Source: a virus (lineage: Duplodnaviria; Caudoviricetes). Taken from it: a stretch of DNA of 55,980 bases. The stretch is from positions 1 through 55,980 of the IMG/VR virus record IMGVR_UViG_3300012936_002638. One strand, given 5' to 3'. Below are positions 28,241 through 37,971 of this stretch, in pieces; position 1 is the stretch's first letter, and each line of letters begins with the position of its first letter. Under the pieces are notes generated by a model, which saw only the letters and a list, made by a program, of their open reading frames with translations, searched no databases and was not told the origin of the DNA. The position numbers and the translations under genes were made by a program.

Positions 28241-28499
28241 CTTTTCCTTCATTTGCGGCGATCCTATCAATGTTCGGTCTTACATTAAGTGCATAACTTA
28301 ATAAAGCATCGATCTTAACAAGATCATTGTTCATGGTCTGGACCCTATTGTCCAGTTGTCCAATAATATTTTTTAGTGTAGTTACACTCCCTGTAACCCC
28401 AGCTAATATAAATTTCAATGTTAGGAATACAAAGCCACCTGCGGCTATGGCACCTGCTATTGGAAATCCTACATCAGCTACTAAACTTAAAAAATCCAT
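28221..28499 (-). CDS. Small membrane protein with GFPI motif and coiled coil
   Basis: MDFLSLVADVGFPIAGAIAAGGFVFLTLKFIL...LDNRV..MNND. Confidence 0.65.
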   Translation of the reverse strand: MDFLSLVADVGFPIAGAIAAGGFVFLTLKFILAGVTGSVTTLKNIIGQLDNRVQTMNNDLVKIDALLSYALNVRPNIDRIAANEGKDDARRD

Positions 28500-28529
28500 A
28501 ACGCCCTCACGCTCTGCAATAGTATTTAC

Positions 28530-29441
28530 CTAAAATGGTCCATATCTATTAATTGGTAGTATAAAATCTATACCTAAGTATGTAAGTATATACTTTACAT
28601 CTTCGTAAGTTAACAAATCATGCATTCCACTATGAAAGCCACTAACACAAATGTCAAGTTCATCAGATCTAGTCTTTATATGCTCTGCTAGTTGCTCAAT
28701 GTCCATTTTTTCTCTATGTATATAGTGCATCCATAAAGTTGTATTGTTATTGTTACGGGTGCCATCCCAATCTCTATTGTTTGTTTTAAGTTCAAATAGT
28801 TCGTACAATATAAATTCAGCAGGACTAACATCAGGCCTACGAGAAGTGTCGTTAAACCACATTACAAAGTCCAAGTTGCTACCAAAACGTTTTACTAATC
28901 GTCTAGCTACATTAGTTTTGAATATGTACGGAGTTGTATTAGCTCTTAACTTCAGTTGGTGTCCTGGATATATTAAATCTAATTTTTTACAACACGCCTT
29001 TGTCCATTGTGTTACTCCTGGTAGTGTCCAATATCCGTGTGGATATGTATTATCTATGTTATTAATATTACATTTTTTTATAAAAAAGTTTTTACTATCT
29101 ATTATTATATACTTAGGAGTTTTAATCTTTTGTGCTACTAGAAGTTTTAAGACTTGTTGCTTCACCCATCCTCCAGAACGGTATACAGGATCGTTACTAC
29201 CATATAGCTCATCAGGATATAAGTCTTCTGCATTGTGCATTACAATGCCAAACTTTTTTAAGTTTTTACTATTGATAGGAGCAAACCATTCTAACCACTC
29301 TTCATATTTGCTTTTTATTTCATTGTAAACAATAATGATGTTACATGGTTCTAAGAATAGTTTCATGCTTCTGCATAGCATTTCAAACTTCCATTTATCT
29401 TTATGACAAGTAACAATCACTAAAGTTCTTTCGGTTGACAT
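28530..29441 (-). CDS. Glycosyltransferase-like protein (DUF6492-like)
   Basis: GT-A-like N-terminus, GWVKQQVLKL, IIDSKNFF. Confidence 0.55.
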   Translation of the reverse strand: MSTERTLVIVTCHKDKWKFEMLCRSMKLFLEPCNIIIVYNEIKSKYEEWLEWFAPINSKNLKKFGIVMHNAEDLYPDELYGSNDPVYRSGGWVKQQVLKLLVAQKIKTPKYIIIDSKNFFIKKCNINNIDNTYPHGYWTLPGVTQWTKACCKKLDLIYPGHQLKLRANTTPYIFKTNVARRLVKRFGSNLDFVMWFNDTSRRPDVSPAEFILYELFELKTNNRDWDGTRNNNNTTLWMHYIHREKMDIEQLAEHIKTRSDELDICVSGFHSGMHDLLTYEDVKYILTYLGIDFILPINRYGPF

Positions 29442-29493
29442 ATACTAGCTCCTTTGCTATATTTAATGTATATGTATATTGGAGAGAAATAAA

Positions 29494-29685
29494 ATGATAG
29501 TTTCTGGTTATCGAACAGGTGCAAACTTTATGGCGGCTGAACAAGTAATCACCAAACACACTGCATTTTCTAAAAGAGATGCAAAGCACATTGTTGATCA
29601 TATCAAAGAAGGAAAGTGTGTAAATCTTCCTGATGATTGGGTTTTACGTGAAGACCTTGAAGACCTACAGTTTAAGGTAGAATAA
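29494..29685 (+). CDS. Hypothetical protein
   Basis: GGAG SD; coupled to the next gene. Confidence 0.55.
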   Translation: MIVSGYRTGANFMAAEQVITKHTAFSKRDAKHIVDHIKEGKCVNLPDDWVLREDLEDLQFKVE

Positions 29686-29870
29686 TGGTAAATAACTTTT
29701 ATAAGGTAGAAGACATATTTCCTAACTGGGGTGCAACAGACGAAGATGTTCTAATGAATATTCCAGATGAAATATTAACCGAAATGGGCTGGAAGGCCGG
29801 AGACACATTGGGATTTACATGGGAGGACGGATCAATCTCTATAACTAAGGTAACGAATGGCAAAAAATAG
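29685..29870 (+). CDS. AbrB/MazE-like small DNA-binding protein
   Basis: [21 protein letters not shown]. Confidence 0.6.
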   Translation: MVNNFYKVEDIFPNWGATDEDVLMNIPDEILTEMGWKAGDTLGFTWEDGSISITKVTNGKK

Positions 29871-30075
29871 TGATGTATTAGAAGTTGAAGGCACTATCAC
29901 TGATGTTTTACCAAACCAAACTTTCAAAGTTGAGTTAGATAATAGCCACAAAGTCGTATGTTATACTGGCGGAAAGATGCGGCAGTTTAAAATAAGACTT
30001 GTAGCTGGGGACAGAGTCAAAGTAGAAATGACTCCGTATGATTTAAATAAAGGTAGGATTACCTACAGATTATAG
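29857..30075 (+). CDS. infA: Translation initiation factor IF-1
   Basis: [55 protein letters not shown]. Confidence 0.95.
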   Translation: MAKNSDVLEVEGTITDVLPNQTFKVELDNSHKVVCYTGGKMRQFKIRLVAGDRVKVEMTPYDLNKGRITYRL

Positions 30076-30076
30076 G

Positions 30077-30105
30077 TTGACACTGCTTAACTGTTATGCT
30101 ATAAA
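30077..30105 (+). promoter_or_regulatory. Early sigma70-type promoter
   Basis: (GG)TTGACA-17 nt-TATAAA with TG extended -10. Confidence 0.7.
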
Positions 30106-30124
30106 GTAAAAACAGGAGGGCACA

Positions 30125-30412
30125 ATGGCCGTATTAGAATACAACAGTTACAAACCTAAGCCTGCTTTAGATGGTACACAGGTTATATTGTTTTTTGGTG
30201 ATTACGAACTAAGCATCGTAAGTCATAGTGGTAGCTATGGCGGCCAAAAAGGACTTTACGAAATCGGAGTGTTTAAAGGCAACGATATGATTCAGTTGCC
30301 AGGCATCACTGAGGAAGGTGATACTGTAAAAGGCTTCTTGACAGAAGATGATGTAAGTGCTATAATAAAGAAGATGTATTTTTTAACAGGAAACAATCCG
30401 AGGCAACTATGA
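30125..30412 (+). CDS. Hypothetical phage protein
   Basis: AGGAGG SD; SYGGQKGLYEIGV...VKGFLT motif. Confidence 0.65.
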   Translation: MAVLEYNSYKPKPALDGTQVILFFGDYELSIVSHSGSYGGQKGLYEIGVFKGNDMIQLPGITEEGDTVKGFLTEDDVSAIIKKMYFLTGNNPRQL

Positions 30413-30801
30413 TTACAGTAAATGGCGCATCTAAAACGCAACGTAAGTATGCTGAAAGCATGGCTGTGTTTGTATGTAAAAAGTTCGGCATTAGTCCTGA
30501 AATAGAAATAAACTTTAGACGCATGACTAAAGATGAAAACTTTGGCTATTGCTGTCACTTAGAAGAAAAAGAGTTTGAAGTAGACGTAAAACGTTCACTT
30601 AGGTTACGTGACATGCTTACAACACTTGCACATGAACTAGTGCATGTAAAGCAATATATAAATGATGAAATGCCCGATGAGTTAGAAGGTGACTATTGGG
30701 ATAGACCGCATGAAATAGAAGCTCACGGAAGAGAAACAGGTTTGTTTATTCGTTGGGCAGAACAAAATAAGCTATCGCATTATAAGTGGACTAAGGTATG
30801 A
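30409..30801 (+). CDS. HExxH zinc-metallopeptidase-like protein
   Basis: TLAHELVHVKQY...PHEIEA. Confidence 0.7.
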   Translation: MITVNGASKTQRKYAESMAVFVCKKFGISPEIEINFRRMTKDENFGYCCHLEEKEFEVDVKRSLRLRDMLTTLAHELVHVKQYINDEMPDELEGDYWDRPHEIEAHGRETGLFIRWAEQNKLSHYKWTKV

Positions 30802-31682
30802 AATATTTAGATAAGTTAGAAACATTAGCAGAGAGTCGCGGCATCACAGGACATAGAGCGGCTACAAGATTTATACATGATCTTAAGACAAATCTAGTAT
30901 ATCATGAACTTATGGGTTATGGTAAAGCAGAAGATGTTGTTGAGTTGTTATCAGATGACAATAACCTTACAGATAATGCAAAACTCAATACAAACTTTAG
31001 ATCAGGATTTGACGGACTTATTAGTCCAGCACTACGTAACAATGAAAACTTTATGGCAACGTTTAGAGTTGTGTTAGATAATAACGGTAAAGGTGTAGGA
31101 GCAGGTGAGCTAGTATTACCGTTACTATTGAGTAACTATCGTTTCAGTAATGACAGTGATGGTGAGTTTGATTATAATGGTAAAACATATAAAACAGAAA
31201 TAAAGAAAAACGGTGCAAGTCTAAAGCCAGTTAAAACAGGCCTTACACAAAAAGGTCATATTGATGAACTTAACAAAAAATATTTTAATGGAACAGTACC
31301 TGGTAAACGTAGCAAAAGAAAACAAGACGCACATCTTGCTACAGTAAATGACCCTAATGTTTATAGAGAATATTTCGAACAAGTTTATGTAGGTTGTGAT
31401 ACTACACTTTTATGTGAAGAAATCATAAATGGAGATTATAAAGATATAGATTATTTTACAACTAAGTTAGGACAGTTTGCACTCCGTGAATACAAAAAGG
31501 TTGACGGATGGCACAATATCATGTATATTGATGGTGATAAAGAGATAGTTGTAAATATTACTGATATTGATAGTATTGATAATGCTTTGGGTATATACTT
31601 TGCTCCTGTAATGCATCGTGGAGGAGATGTACAAGCCATTGCAGATGGATATGTTAACGTACAAATAAAGGCAAAAATATGA
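30798..31682 (+). CDS. Putative PD-(D/E)XK endonuclease
   Basis: GVGAGELVL...SDG...EIKK; translationally coupled to the methylase. Confidence 0.5.
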   Translation: MKYLDKLETLAESRGITGHRAATRFIHDLKTNLVYHELMGYGKAEDVVELLSDDNNLTDNAKLNTNFRSGFDGLISPALRNNENFMATFRVVLDNNGKGVGAGELVLPLLLSNYRFSNDSDGEFDYNGKTYKTEIKKNGASLKPVKTGLTQKGHIDELNKKYFNGTVPGKRSKRKQDAHLATVNDPNVYREYFEQVYVGCDTTLLCEEIINGDYKDIDYFTTKLGQFALREYKKVDGWHNIMYIDGDKEIVVNITDIDSIDNALGIYFAPVMHRGGDVQAIADGYVNVQIKAKI

Positions 31683-32605
31683 AACCATTATATATGTGGG
31701 CAGGCGGTAAGAACAAAATGATATCTAAATACTTGGAGAATCCTGGTATTCCAACAAGTGGCTTTGATACGTTTGTAGAGCCGTTCTTTGGTGGCGGAGC
31801 AATGACTATTTGGGTATATGAAAACTGTCCTAATGTTCAGCGTTTTATTATTAATGATATAAAAGAAGAACTAGTAGGCATTTATAAAGCTATAAAAAAT
31901 GATGTTGATAACTTTATAAAACGTATGGATGTATTAGAAGCTCAATACTTACCACTAGACAAAGACAAACGTAAAGAATGGTTTTATGCACTACGTACAC
32001 CATATGCAACCAATACACATAGTTGGAATGCTACTGATGAAAGTGCAACATTGTATTTTTTAATGAAAACTGCATTCAACGGTATTTGGCAAACTACAAA
32101 ACGTGCTAATGGTAGATTTGATACTCCGTTTGGTTTAGGCAATCAAACTAGTGTATATGACAAAAGCAATGTTTTAGAATGGCATGACTTTTTACAAAAG
32201 GTAGATATTCATTGTGGAGATTGGAAAAATGCATGTGTGTCTGTTAATGATGACGAACGTGCATTTTATTTCTTTGATCCGCCTTATAGAGATAGCTTTA
32301 CAAGTTATGGTGAAGGCTTTACAGATGATGATCATATTGCATTGATAAATTATTGTAAGGATAGAAATACAAACGGTCATGTTGTGTTTTATTGTAATCG
32401 CGATGATGCACAAGATGGATTTTTTCCTAAGCATAAAGGACAGTTACAAGATAGTTACTTTGATATCACATACACAGTTGGTCGTAAAGCTACTGAAGAT
32501 GATGGAGAACGTACTGCTAAAAGTGCAAAGGAAATATTGTTGCATAGTAAAATAATAAAAGAACCAGAGTTTTTTGGTAATGGGTTGATGTTAGTAAATG
32601 AGTAG
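31679..32605 (+). CDS. Dam-family (D12 class) DNA adenine methyltransferase
   Basis: WAGGK, EPFFGGGA, IND, FNG, FFDPPY. Confidence 0.9.
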   Translation: MKPLYMWAGGKNKMISKYLENPGIPTSGFDTFVEPFFGGGAMTIWVYENCPNVQRFIINDIKEELVGIYKAIKNDVDNFIKRMDVLEAQYLPLDKDKRKEWFYALRTPYATNTHSWNATDESATLYFLMKTAFNGIWQTTKRANGRFDTPFGLGNQTSVYDKSNVLEWHDFLQKVDIHCGDWKNACVSVNDDERAFYFFDPPYRDSFTSYGEGFTDDDHIALINYCKDRNTNGHVVFYCNRDDAQDGFFPKHKGQLQDSYFDITYTVGRKATEDDGERTAKSAKEILLHSKIIKEPEFFGNGLMLVNE

Positions 32606-32613
32606 GATATCGA

Positions 32614-33129
32614 TTGAGTATTTTCAGTTGGAGTAGGATAGAAAAAGAGTTAGAACAAATGCAGTCTAACTCAGTATATAAAGATTTTATAAGTAAATTT
32701 GTAGATTGTAAAACTGTAGGTTACGTAGCACATGGTGGTAATCTAGGAATAGCAGATCATGCGGCTATAGATGCTACAAGACATACTGATAAAATGTGTT
32801 ATGCACCAGGCAGTGGAGTTGTTACAACTAGTTTAATCAACGACTTTGATAGTTTATGGCAACGTGAATGGATTAGACGATCAAAGTTAGATGCTTATGT
32901 AATATTAACTGCAAGTGGTTCTAGCACTAGTATCAGTCGTGCAGTGAACTACTTAGAAGTACAAAATATACCGCACATAGTCCTTACTGGAATAGCTCAT
33001 AACTTTAAAAATCAAGTAGTACTTGACTTAGAACATTATCACGAATACGAAGTGGCCGCATTAGCCGCTACTTATATGATGCTTGATACAGGAGGCTATA
33101 ATTGCCCAAAGATAAAAGAAAAATCGTAG
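32614..33129 (+). CDS. SIS-domain sugar-phosphate isomerase-like (GmhA-like) protein
   Basis: HGGNLGIADHAA, TSLINDF, LTASGSS, VLTG. Confidence 0.6.
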   Translation: MSIFSWSRIEKELEQMQSNSVYKDFISKFVDCKTVGYVAHGGNLGIADHAAIDATRHTDKMCYAPGSGVVTTSLINDFDSLWQREWIRRSKLDAYVILTASGSSTSISRAVNYLEVQNIPHIVLTGIAHNFKNQVVLDLEHYHEYEVAALAATYMMLDTGGYNCPKIKEKS

Positions 33130-34742
33130 CATTACAAACTGCCAGAGGTGGTAGTAAAAGTATACCCAAAAAGAATCTTTTAGAAGTCAACGGTCATCCG
33201 TTGTTTGCCCACAGTGTAATGGCGGCCACTGGTTGCCAATATATTAAAAGTGTATGGTGTAGTACAGATGATGATACTATAAAAAGTTATAGTGAAGAAT
33301 ATGATTTCAATGTTATTGATAGGCCACCTGAACTAAGTGGCGACAACGATAGTCATTTAGAAGTTATTAGACATGGCATTCTTGAAATAGAAAAGCAAAT
33401 AGGTAAGCAAGACATTGTGGTTTTATTGCTTGGCAATGTTTCAGGAATAGATGCTCAAAGTTTATCTGATGCTATAGATCAACTAGGTGATTATGATAGT
33501 TGTGTTAGTGTTAGTAAATTTAACATGTTCAACCCATATCGTGCTATGCAAATACGTGACCAACAGTTGGAAACATTCTTACCACAACAAGAAATTATAA
33601 CTAACACACAAGCAAATGATAAAAACAGTGCCGGTGACATATATTACTGTAATGGTAACTTTTGGGTAATGAAACGTGATACAGTATTTCATCATAACAA
33701 TAAACTGCCTTTTCAATGGTTAGGTAAAAGAATCAAACCATTTGTACAAGATGTATTTTTAGAACTAGATGCTCCTTGGCAAAAAGACTATGTTATAGCA
33801 AGTTCTACAAATCATAAAGGACAAGAATGTATTTGGGAGCAAGGAACCCGTAAAGCACATAAACACGCCGGAATGAAAAAGTTATATGGTAAAGACCATT
33901 GGGACAGGTTTTTAGAAACACATGATTATTACTTTGTAGAGTTTTGTAACTGTATAAAACCATACATGAAAACTTTAGGAAACTTCAACAAGCCTGAGAT
34001 TGACAAATATAAAAAATACGTTGCTTGGCATGGTTATCAGGAAGACTACAATACATGGTTTCAGTCTTGTATGAAGTCAGGACAAATTTTACAATCTTTT
34101 GATTATACATTTTTTGGACATAGAAAAGACGATATGTTTAAACGTAAAGAGTTTGGGCAGGCATGTATATTAATAGAAGAAATATATACAAATGGATCTT
34201 ACAACTATCCTTGTTTTAGATGGCAAGGTCCTGATCATTTAGCAGTACATCCAGGAAACCACTTGAACTTTGTTAAAACATACTTAGGCATGCCAATAAA
34301 AGGTTTTATGAGTTTTCCTAAGAAGGAAAGGTCTAAGTGGATTGATGAAATACATGCATTGTGTGAAATGCAAATAATAAAAAAGATAAAAAACGATCAA
34401 CAGGTTAAAAAAATATTAGGAACTAATCAAATAGCGGCATGGATTCAAGATTATCATAATCAACTTGTGCCTAGTTTCTATCCAAGTATACCAAGACCAA
34501 CATGGTCAGGATATGACCAAAATGGACATACAGACTGGCCCTGGAATGACGTAACAACTTATCATGAACTGTTTGAAAAAACACGAGCTTCTAGGATAAT
34601 AGACAGTATACTAGATGGAGATCCAATAACAAAGTGGGCAAAAGTTAAAACTAACTATGCTACACCAACAATAGAACTAAACAATTTTTGTGCATTTTTA
34701 TTGACAAACAAAGATAAAGATAACAACTTTGAACTAATTTAG
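33102..34742 (+). CDS. Acylneuraminate cytidylyltransferase-like domain fused to an unknown C-terminal domain
   Basis: ARGGSKSIPKKNL..GHPL, STDD, RPPELSGD, NGNFW; about 310 extra C-terminal residues. Confidence 0.75.
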   Translation: MPKDKRKIVALQTARGGSKSIPKKNLLEVNGHPLFAHSVMAATGCQYIKSVWCSTDDDTIKSYSEEYDFNVIDRPPELSGDNDSHLEVIRHGILEIEKQIGKQDIVVLLLGNVSGIDAQSLSDAIDQLGDYDSCVSVSKFNMFNPYRAMQIRDQQLETFLPQQEIITNTQANDKNSAGDIYYCNGNFWVMKRDTVFHHNNKLPFQWLGKRIKPFVQDVFLELDAPWQKDYVIASSTNHKGQECIWEQGTRKAHKHAGMKKLYGKDHWDRFLETHDYYFVEFCNCIKPYMKTLGNFNKPEIDKYKKYVAWHGYQEDYNTWFQSCMKSGQILQSFDYTFFGHRKDDMFKRKEFGQACILIEEIYTNGSYNYPCFRWQGPDHLAVHPGNHLNFVKTYLGMPIKGFMSFPKKERSKWIDEIHALCEMQIIKKIKNDQQVKKILGTNQIAAWIQDYHNQLVPSFYPSIPRPTWSGYDQNGHTDWPWNDVTTYHELFEKTRASRIIDSILDGDPITKWAKVKTNYATPTIELNNFCAFLLTNKDKDNNFELI

Positions 34743-34743
34743 G

Positions 34744-34772
34744 TTGACATATGTACATATACCTGCTATAAA
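34744..34772 (+). promoter_or_regulatory. Early sigma70-type promoter
   Basis: (GG)TTGACA-17 nt-TATAAA with TG extended -10. Confidence 0.7.
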
Positions 34773-34804
34773 AAGTTATAACGTTAATGTAATAGGGGCA
34801 AATA

Positions 34805-34978
34805 ATGCATATACAAGATACACTAGAGGCTATTGATAATAAACTAAACGAAGTAGATGAACTCATTATGAGTCTGCCACTTCAAGATAGTGTAAAACAC
34901 GACTTGGTAAAACATATATATACAATGTATGCTGAGGTAGAAGAAGCAATCGACCTTCGTCCTGCAGACTTTAACTAG
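34805..34978 (+). CDS. Hypothetical 57-aa protein (not in the ORF track)
   Basis: MHIQDTLEAIDNKLNEVDEL...RPADFN*; AGGGG SD; follows the promoter. Confidence 0.55.
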   Translation: MHIQDTLEAIDNKLNEVDELIMSLPLQDSVKHDLVKHIYTMYAEVEEAIDLRPADFN

Positions 34979-34989
34979 GAGCCACAGAT

Positions 34990-35688
34990 ATGACTGATTA
35001 TCCTACACAAGAATTATTACTCTTATCTTTTAGTGCATATAGAGTTAACAAGGGCTATGAAAAAACTACACGTAGGCATAGCGAATCTCCGCCTACATTC
35101 AGTAACAAAGAGTTGATTGCATATACTATAAGTAGTCGCTATGAACAATCTCCTTTTATTCCAGAAGACTTTACACCTTTGAAAGTAACAGAAGCAGATA
35201 AAAAAGCAAAAGAGTCTGCTGATAAGCATATGCGTAGATATACAATGCTTGCTATGGGTGATCTTCCTGACTTTGAATCTGATCTCTTCAGTGCTTATAG
35301 TAGTGAAAGAATGCCTATTGGACGTATTGGTTTATTAGCATATCTTCCTGCTTTTGTAGATAGAGAGATTGAAGCTAAAATGTACAAGCAACGTTTGAAA
35401 AACGAGTTTGAACAAAGTAATTATATCCTACATAATATTACTGAAGCAACAGATGTAGAAATATTGAAGGTTATTCCACTAAATAATGCGATATATGATG
35501 CACCTGCTTTTTTGCATTTCGGTTGTATTGGCAAAGACTTAGTTTGCTTTAGTAAAAAAGAAAAATTTGCAGTAGGCAAAACTTACGAGATCGTAGGCAA
35601 AATAAAAGGGCAGGACAAAGAACGTGATAGCGGACTGCCAATGACTCGCTTGAACTACGTCAAAGTAAGGAATGCAGAAGCAGTATGA
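34990..35688 (+). CDS. Hypothetical protein, possible C-terminal OB-fold
   Basis: AGGAG SD; VGKIK...TRLNYVK C-terminus. Confidence 0.6.
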   Translation: MTDYPTQELLLLSFSAYRVNKGYEKTTRRHSESPPTFSNKELIAYTISSRYEQSPFIPEDFTPLKVTEADKKAKESADKHMRRYTMLAMGDLPDFESDLFSAYSSERMPIGRIGLLAYLPAFVDREIEAKMYKQRLKNEFEQSNYILHNITEATDVEILKVIPLNNAIYDAPAFLHFGCIGKDLVCFSKKEKFAVGKTYEIVGKIKGQDKERDSGLPMTRLNYVKVRNAEAV

Positions 35689-35879
35689 TTGATTTATATG
35701 GAAGTATTTTTATTTTCGTAACCGCAATAGTGTTTACATTAGTAGGTAGATACTTTGCTAAACAAGAAGACATAGAAATTGTGACTGGCATAGTTGACAA
35801 TCTAATCAAAGAAGGTTATATTAAAACTAAAGGCACAGGCGCTGATCAAGAACTTTTAAAACATTGGGAAAAACCATGA
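35685..35879 (+). CDS. Small membrane protein
   Basis: N-terminal TM helix; ATGA overlaps. Confidence 0.55.
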   Translation: MIDLYGSIFIFVTAIVFTLVGRYFAKQEDIEIVTGIVDNLIKEGYIKTKGTGADQELLKHWEKP

Positions 35880-36031
35880 GTAAACTTTTTGTAATATTAA
35901 CTCCTGCAACCGAATACCATATTTACGCAATGGATACTGAAGATGCGTTAAATACTTTTGACGGAGACGTTCACGACATTCTATCTATAGCCGAGTATGA
36001 AAATGCCGGCCCAACCGATACAATCCATTGA
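35876..36031 (+). CDS. Hypothetical 51-aa protein (not in the ORF track)
   Basis: MSKLFVILTP...PTDTIH*, ATGA overlap with the upstream stop. Confidence 0.5.
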   Translation: MSKLFVILTPATEYHIYAMDTEDALNTFDGDVHDILSIAEYENAGPTDTIH

Positions 36032-36038
36032 GGACACT

Positions 36039-36245
36039 ATGGACGACCATGATTACTTAGGATTCGAAAATACTCTTGAGGATGATGACTACGGGGTTAT
36101 TATTGATAAAGAAGGTAACCTGAAAGGCATCTGGGTACCTCAGTGTATGGAGGACAAAGATGTCCCGGATGCTATAGTACAACTTTTGAAAGAAAAATGG
36201 GGTGTTGATCCCAACGATGATGTAGTATACGGTACAATACATTGA
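36039..36245 (+). CDS. Acidic hypothetical protein
   Basis: GAGGA SD before ATG 36039. Confidence 0.55.
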   Translation: MDDHDYLGFENTLEDDDYGVIIDKEGNLKGIWVPQCMEDKDVPDAIVQLLKEKWGVDPNDDVVYGTIH

Positions 36246-36472
36246 CACCATTAGAAATACATGAATATAAACTAGGGTGGAAACCTGGCTATACAGTGAG
36301 GTTACATAGTGATGTAGTTGATAAAGGCAAAACATGGTGTCGTAGGAACCTGCAACGGCATCAGTGGAGTATGTCACAATATACTGCACCATATGAACAT
36401 ACGTTTCATTTTGAAGATATAAAACCAGCAGAAATATTTACAACCGAAATGGGGAGATTTGCTAACCAATGA
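36242..36472 (+). CDS. Hypothetical protein
   Basis: TTGA-coupled 76-aa ORF. Confidence 0.55.
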   Translation: MTPLEIHEYKLGWKPGYTVRLHSDVVDKGKTWCRRNLQRHQWSMSQYTAPYEHTFHFEDIKPAEIFTTEMGRFANQ

Positions 36473-36759
36473 CAGAAGAAAACTTAACCAAAACAGAAGC
36501 AGTAGGTCGATTAATCAGTTTAGCTAGAGAAGTTGAGATTAAAGACCCTGTTGATTGGTCTTCTATTAAAGTAACTGAACAACAAGTGTATGAAACAATG
36601 GCATCTAGTGCTATTGATCAGATTTACAGTTTACCAGAAGATCATAGACAATCAGTTGCAATGGCAACTATAACAAAGTTACTTGTAGAAAACTTTGTCT
36701 TAACACAAAACTTATCAATAGAAAGGTCAAAGAATGCCACTAGTTCCAATAGTAGTTGA
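36469..36759 (+). CDS. Hypothetical protein
   Basis: ATGA-coupled ORF with GGAG SD. Confidence 0.55.
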   Translation: MTEENLTKTEAVGRLISLAREVEIKDPVDWSSIKVTEQQVYETMASSAIDQIYSLPEDHRQSVAMATITKLLVENFVLTQNLSIERSKNATSSNSS

Positions 36760-37351
36760 ACAAGAAGCAAAAGGTGAACGTAGCTACGATATTTACAGTA
36801 GGCTACTAAAAGACCGCATTATTATGCTTAACGGTCCTGTTGAAGATATGACTTCTAATTTAGTTGTAGCTCAACTACTGTTTCTAGAAAGTCAGTCACC
36901 GGATAAAGATATTAATTTGTACATCAACTCGCCAGGTGGATTAGTTACAGCCGGCTTAGCAATATATGATACAATGCAGTTTATTAAATGTGATGTTAAA
37001 ACTATTGTAATGGGTCAAGCCTGTAGCATGGGTAGTTTCTTAGCACAAGCTGGGGCACCTGGAAAACGTTTAGTGTTACCAGAATCTAGGACTATGATAC
37101 ACAGGGTAAGCTCAGGCACTCCTGGCACAAGTGGAAGTGTTCATGTACAAGAGCTACAGTTTGAAGATGCAAAAAGACACTATGAAGAATCACAAAAGAT
37201 TAACAAACGTCTTACTGAACTTTATGTTAAACACAACACGGCAGGTAAAACATATGAAGAACTATTTGAAACAATGAAGTTTGATACATTCCTAACCGCT
37301 GAAGAAGCAGTTACGAATGGATTAGCAGACAAGGTTGTGGAGAATAGATGA
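36734..37351 (+). CDS. clpP: ATP-dependent Clp protease proteolytic subunit
   Basis: [33 protein letters not shown] (catalytic Ser), MIH. Confidence 0.95.
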   Translation: MPLVPIVVEQEAKGERSYDIYSRLLKDRIIMLNGPVEDMTSNLVVAQLLFLESQSPDKDINLYINSPGGLVTAGLAIYDTMQFIKCDVKTIVMGQACSMGSFLAQAGAPGKRLVLPESRTMIHRVSSGTPGTSGSVHVQELQFEDAKRHYEESQKINKRLTELYVKHNTAGKTYEELFETMKFDTFLTAEEAVTNGLADKVVENR

Positions 37352-37971
37352 AATACAGCCTAGGTATAGACTTCAAGTTGCCAGACATGTACAGTATGTA
37401 CTGGCATGAGTTTGGCAGAAAACTACAATATGAAGAACTATACTTTGCTGATAAACGTATACTACCAGTTGTTACAGGCTTTCTTATAACTGCAAAAGAT
37501 ATAGATTGGCCTGTGTGGAATCTAATGTCTGCACTAGATTTAGAACTACATACTGCAAGGTTGTTTGTAACCAACCCACACCGCAAGCTATTAATACACA
37601 GAGATTGTGTTGCAGGAAGCGATAAACTTAGAGAATGGGCAATAAATGTTCCTATTGCACATTGTGATATGGGTACAAATGAATGGTTTGCAGATGATGA
37701 CAACGACTTTGGTGATGAACAGTTTGCCCCGGGTGGTAGTGCTATCACTCCACAATGGTTTGATAAAGATTATGTAATAAGCGAAAGCAGTCTGCTTAAT
37801 GGTATTAGACTCATTAGAACTGATGTTATGCATCGTAGTAACAACATGGGAAATGATAATAGAAGAGCAGTACTAAGTTTACGTGGAGATCCAAATATAA
37901 CATATGAAGAAGTAGCGGAGAGAATAAATGACCACAACAGAAGATGTGCAGAAGACTATAGCAGACCTTAA
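37348..37971 (+). CDS. Cupin/2OG-Fe(II)-oxygenase-like protein
   Basis: IHRD...AINVP...MHRS...RAVLSLR. Confidence 0.5.
   Translation: MKYSLGIDFKLPDMYSMYWHEFGRKLQYEELYFADKRILPVVTGFLITAKDIDWPVWNLMSALDLELHTARLFVTNPHRKLLIHRDCVAGSDKLREWAINVPIAHCDMGTNEWFADDDNDFGDEQFAPGGSAITPQWFDKDYVISESSLLNGIRLIRTDVMHRSNNMGNDNRRAVLSLRGDPNITYEEVAERINDHNRRCAEDYSRP

Noticed and set aside
28744-29328. 194-aa plus-strand ORF
   Set aside because: It is the antisense shadow of the 303-aa minus-strand gene, which has an SD, a promoter motif and family motifs.
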